This document shows, piece after piece, positions 62,121 to 64,000 of a stretch of 64,000 nt of DNA (positions are counted from its first letter, which is position 1; each line of letters opens with the position of its first letter). The translations under genes were made by a program, and so were the position numbers. The notes beneath the pieces are model-generated. The model saw nothing but the letters and a program-made list of their open reading frames with translations. It was not told the DNA's origin and ran no database searches. The stretch covers positions 29,636,001-29,700,000 of the forward strand of contig OX597839.1 in NCBI GenBank assembly GCA_951406725.2, given 5' to 3'. The stretch is from Octopus vulgaris (lineage: Eukaryota).

Positions 62121-62690
62121 TATCTATAAAGGAAGGATTAATATTCACAGATCAACACAATAACTTTTAATACATTTTTATTCATTTAACTAATTTAATA
62201 AAGCTAACTAATTCATAAACACTTAAAATATACGCAGCAAGGTGTAATGTATAAGTGACAGTGTGTTGATGGGATTGTCATCACGGGATCTTGTGTTATG
62301 ATAACCTGTTGAGGTGGTCACGCAATACAGAGATGAACTTAGTCTTATGGAGACCACCCAATGAGATTACTCTACATTGATGACCCATCGTGATCGTTTT
62401 AATATTGACCGGTGATTAAGTTTCCAATGTCCTGTATGAGTCGGTATTTGTTGTTTTATTACCAGGTAGTGAGGATTTTGACTATGTGTATCTAGGAGGA
62501 CATTATATAATGCGTTATATAATGGATCGTAATAGTCGATAGATTTGTTGTTATGGCTGTTGTTTAGAATCCATGACGGCTGCGGTTGAGGAGAATTTTA
62601 TTTATTTTGACTCGCTAATGGTTTAGCTTTCAGATGGTGCCAATGCCTGAAAAAAGGGAGAAAATAAACAAACATAAAGCAAATATATAA

Positions 62691-63105
62691 TCTCTTACTC
62701 TTTACTCTTTTACTTGTTTCAGTCATTTGACTGTGGCCATGCTGGAGCACCGCCTTTAGTCGAGCAAATTGACCTTAGGACTTATTCTTTGTCAGCCTAG
62801 TACTTATTCTATCGGTCTCTCTTGCCGTACCGCTAAGTTACGGGGACGTAAACACACCAGCATTGGTTGTCAAGCGATGTTGGAGGGACAAACACAGACA
62901 CACAAACATATACACACACAAACATAAATATATATATACATATATACGACGGACTTCTTTCAGTTTCCGTCTACCAAATCCACTCATAAGGCTTTGGTTG
63001 GCCCGAAGCTATAGTAGAAGACACTTGCCCAAGGTGCCACGCAGTGGGACTTAACCCAGAACCATGTGGTTGGTAAGCAAGCTACTTACTACACAGCCAC
63101 TCCTG
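62691..63105 (-). mobile_element. Full-length 400-bp-family SINE
   Basis: Complete head and tail on the minus strand, CpGs largely retained. Confidence 0.88.
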
Positions 63106-63125
63106 TGCATATATGTATACGCGCC

Positions 63126-63180
<55 letters not shown>

Positions 63181-63314
63181 GGAAAAATATACGTGAATAT
63201 AGGCAGAACCGATTCATATATCTATGCCTAGCCAACCAGATGATTTTATAATTACGTTGATGGTATGTCCCTGGGCTAACGGATTCATTCTATATACTTC
63301 GTTCATGTGTTATA

Positions 63315-63490
63315 TAGAGACTGCACCTACCACTGATATACTGGAAGGTCTGCACTTCTCTAGCAGTCTCCACTTGATGCTATGTTGCGTTGTGGTTTCT
63401 TTCAATATCCAGACATATCTTGCTAAAGCTGTGGAGTATTTTTCCTCCTATATATTAAATGTGGACTAAAGAAAATTTTAGTATGTTCAA
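63315..63490 (-). mobile_element. Relic of a Penelope-like element GIY-YIG endonuclease C-terminus
   Basis: Minus strand reads KYSTALARYVWILKETTTQHSIKWRLLEKCRP, then frameshifted SGRCSL, matching the PLE pattern T.LS.YIW.LK....IKW.IL....RC.LC. Confidence 0.6.
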
Positions 63491-63737
63491 AGCCTGCACG
63501 GAGGTGGGTGGCTTTTGATGTAATGGTAACGTTACATTACAATGGAGAAACAGTAACCTTGCATGGCCTGAATAGGGCGAAGAATGCACAGATTTGTGAG
63601 TATAAACAGAAGGCTCCTTTAGGATCAAAGATAGCAAAAACAAATCAGAAGGAAGAGATAGTGGGCTTTCTGATAATAGATTGCTGGACGGAGGAGATGC
63701 TGTTCAAGTTGGTATTGAAGACGATGAATTTGTGTAC

Positions 63738-63773
<36 letters not shown>

Positions 63774-64000
63774 TAAAATATATTGAAAGGATTAACTTAT
63801 CAACGCAACAACGATTATTAAATAATTCAAAGCCCTTTCGACAAGGGCAAACATAAGATCCGGGAGAATCGATACATATATGGTTAAGCGCCCTCTATAT
63901 TTACACTCGTTTATATCTGTTGAAGAATTTTAAAACTTCATTAATTAATGTTTGTTATTTAGATACAAATGCAGCAATTAACCAATATATGCCTTGATGT

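Noticed and set aside
61006-62170. Poly-P/Q ORF and many YIHTCM-rich ORFs
   Set aside because: Products of (CAC/CAA)n and TACA-type microsatellites.

Overview
AT-rich, microsatellite- and SINE-dense animal genomic DNA. The repeat families and (TA)n/(CA)n load look like an octopus genome; this is an inference. The one confident protein-coding gene is a plus-strand golgin A3 / golgin-160 (GOLGA3) homologue. I assembled it by hand into 15 phase-compatible coding exons (22035..47084, 5157 nt, about 1718 aa). The rest is repeats: three tRNA-derived SINE families (one forms a head-to-tail array at 54.9-57.1 kb), a truncated RTE LINE, a deleted mariner, a deleted piggyBac with intact TIRs and TTAA, piggyBac-type MITEs, a Helitron, a Helentron-type element, Penelope-like (PLE) relics and minisatellites. 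The most notable signal is a set of PLE-derived fold-back elements in (TA)n tracts that carry type I hammerhead ribozyme motifs. One is a retrozyme-like 359-nt tandem unit that still holds the start of a PLE ORF (18.9-19.8 kb). Another has a compensatory G3:C8 core swap (46.4 kb). Three fold-backs are packed into the last GOLGA3 intron. Most ORFs in the supplied track are microsatellite or antisense artefacts.
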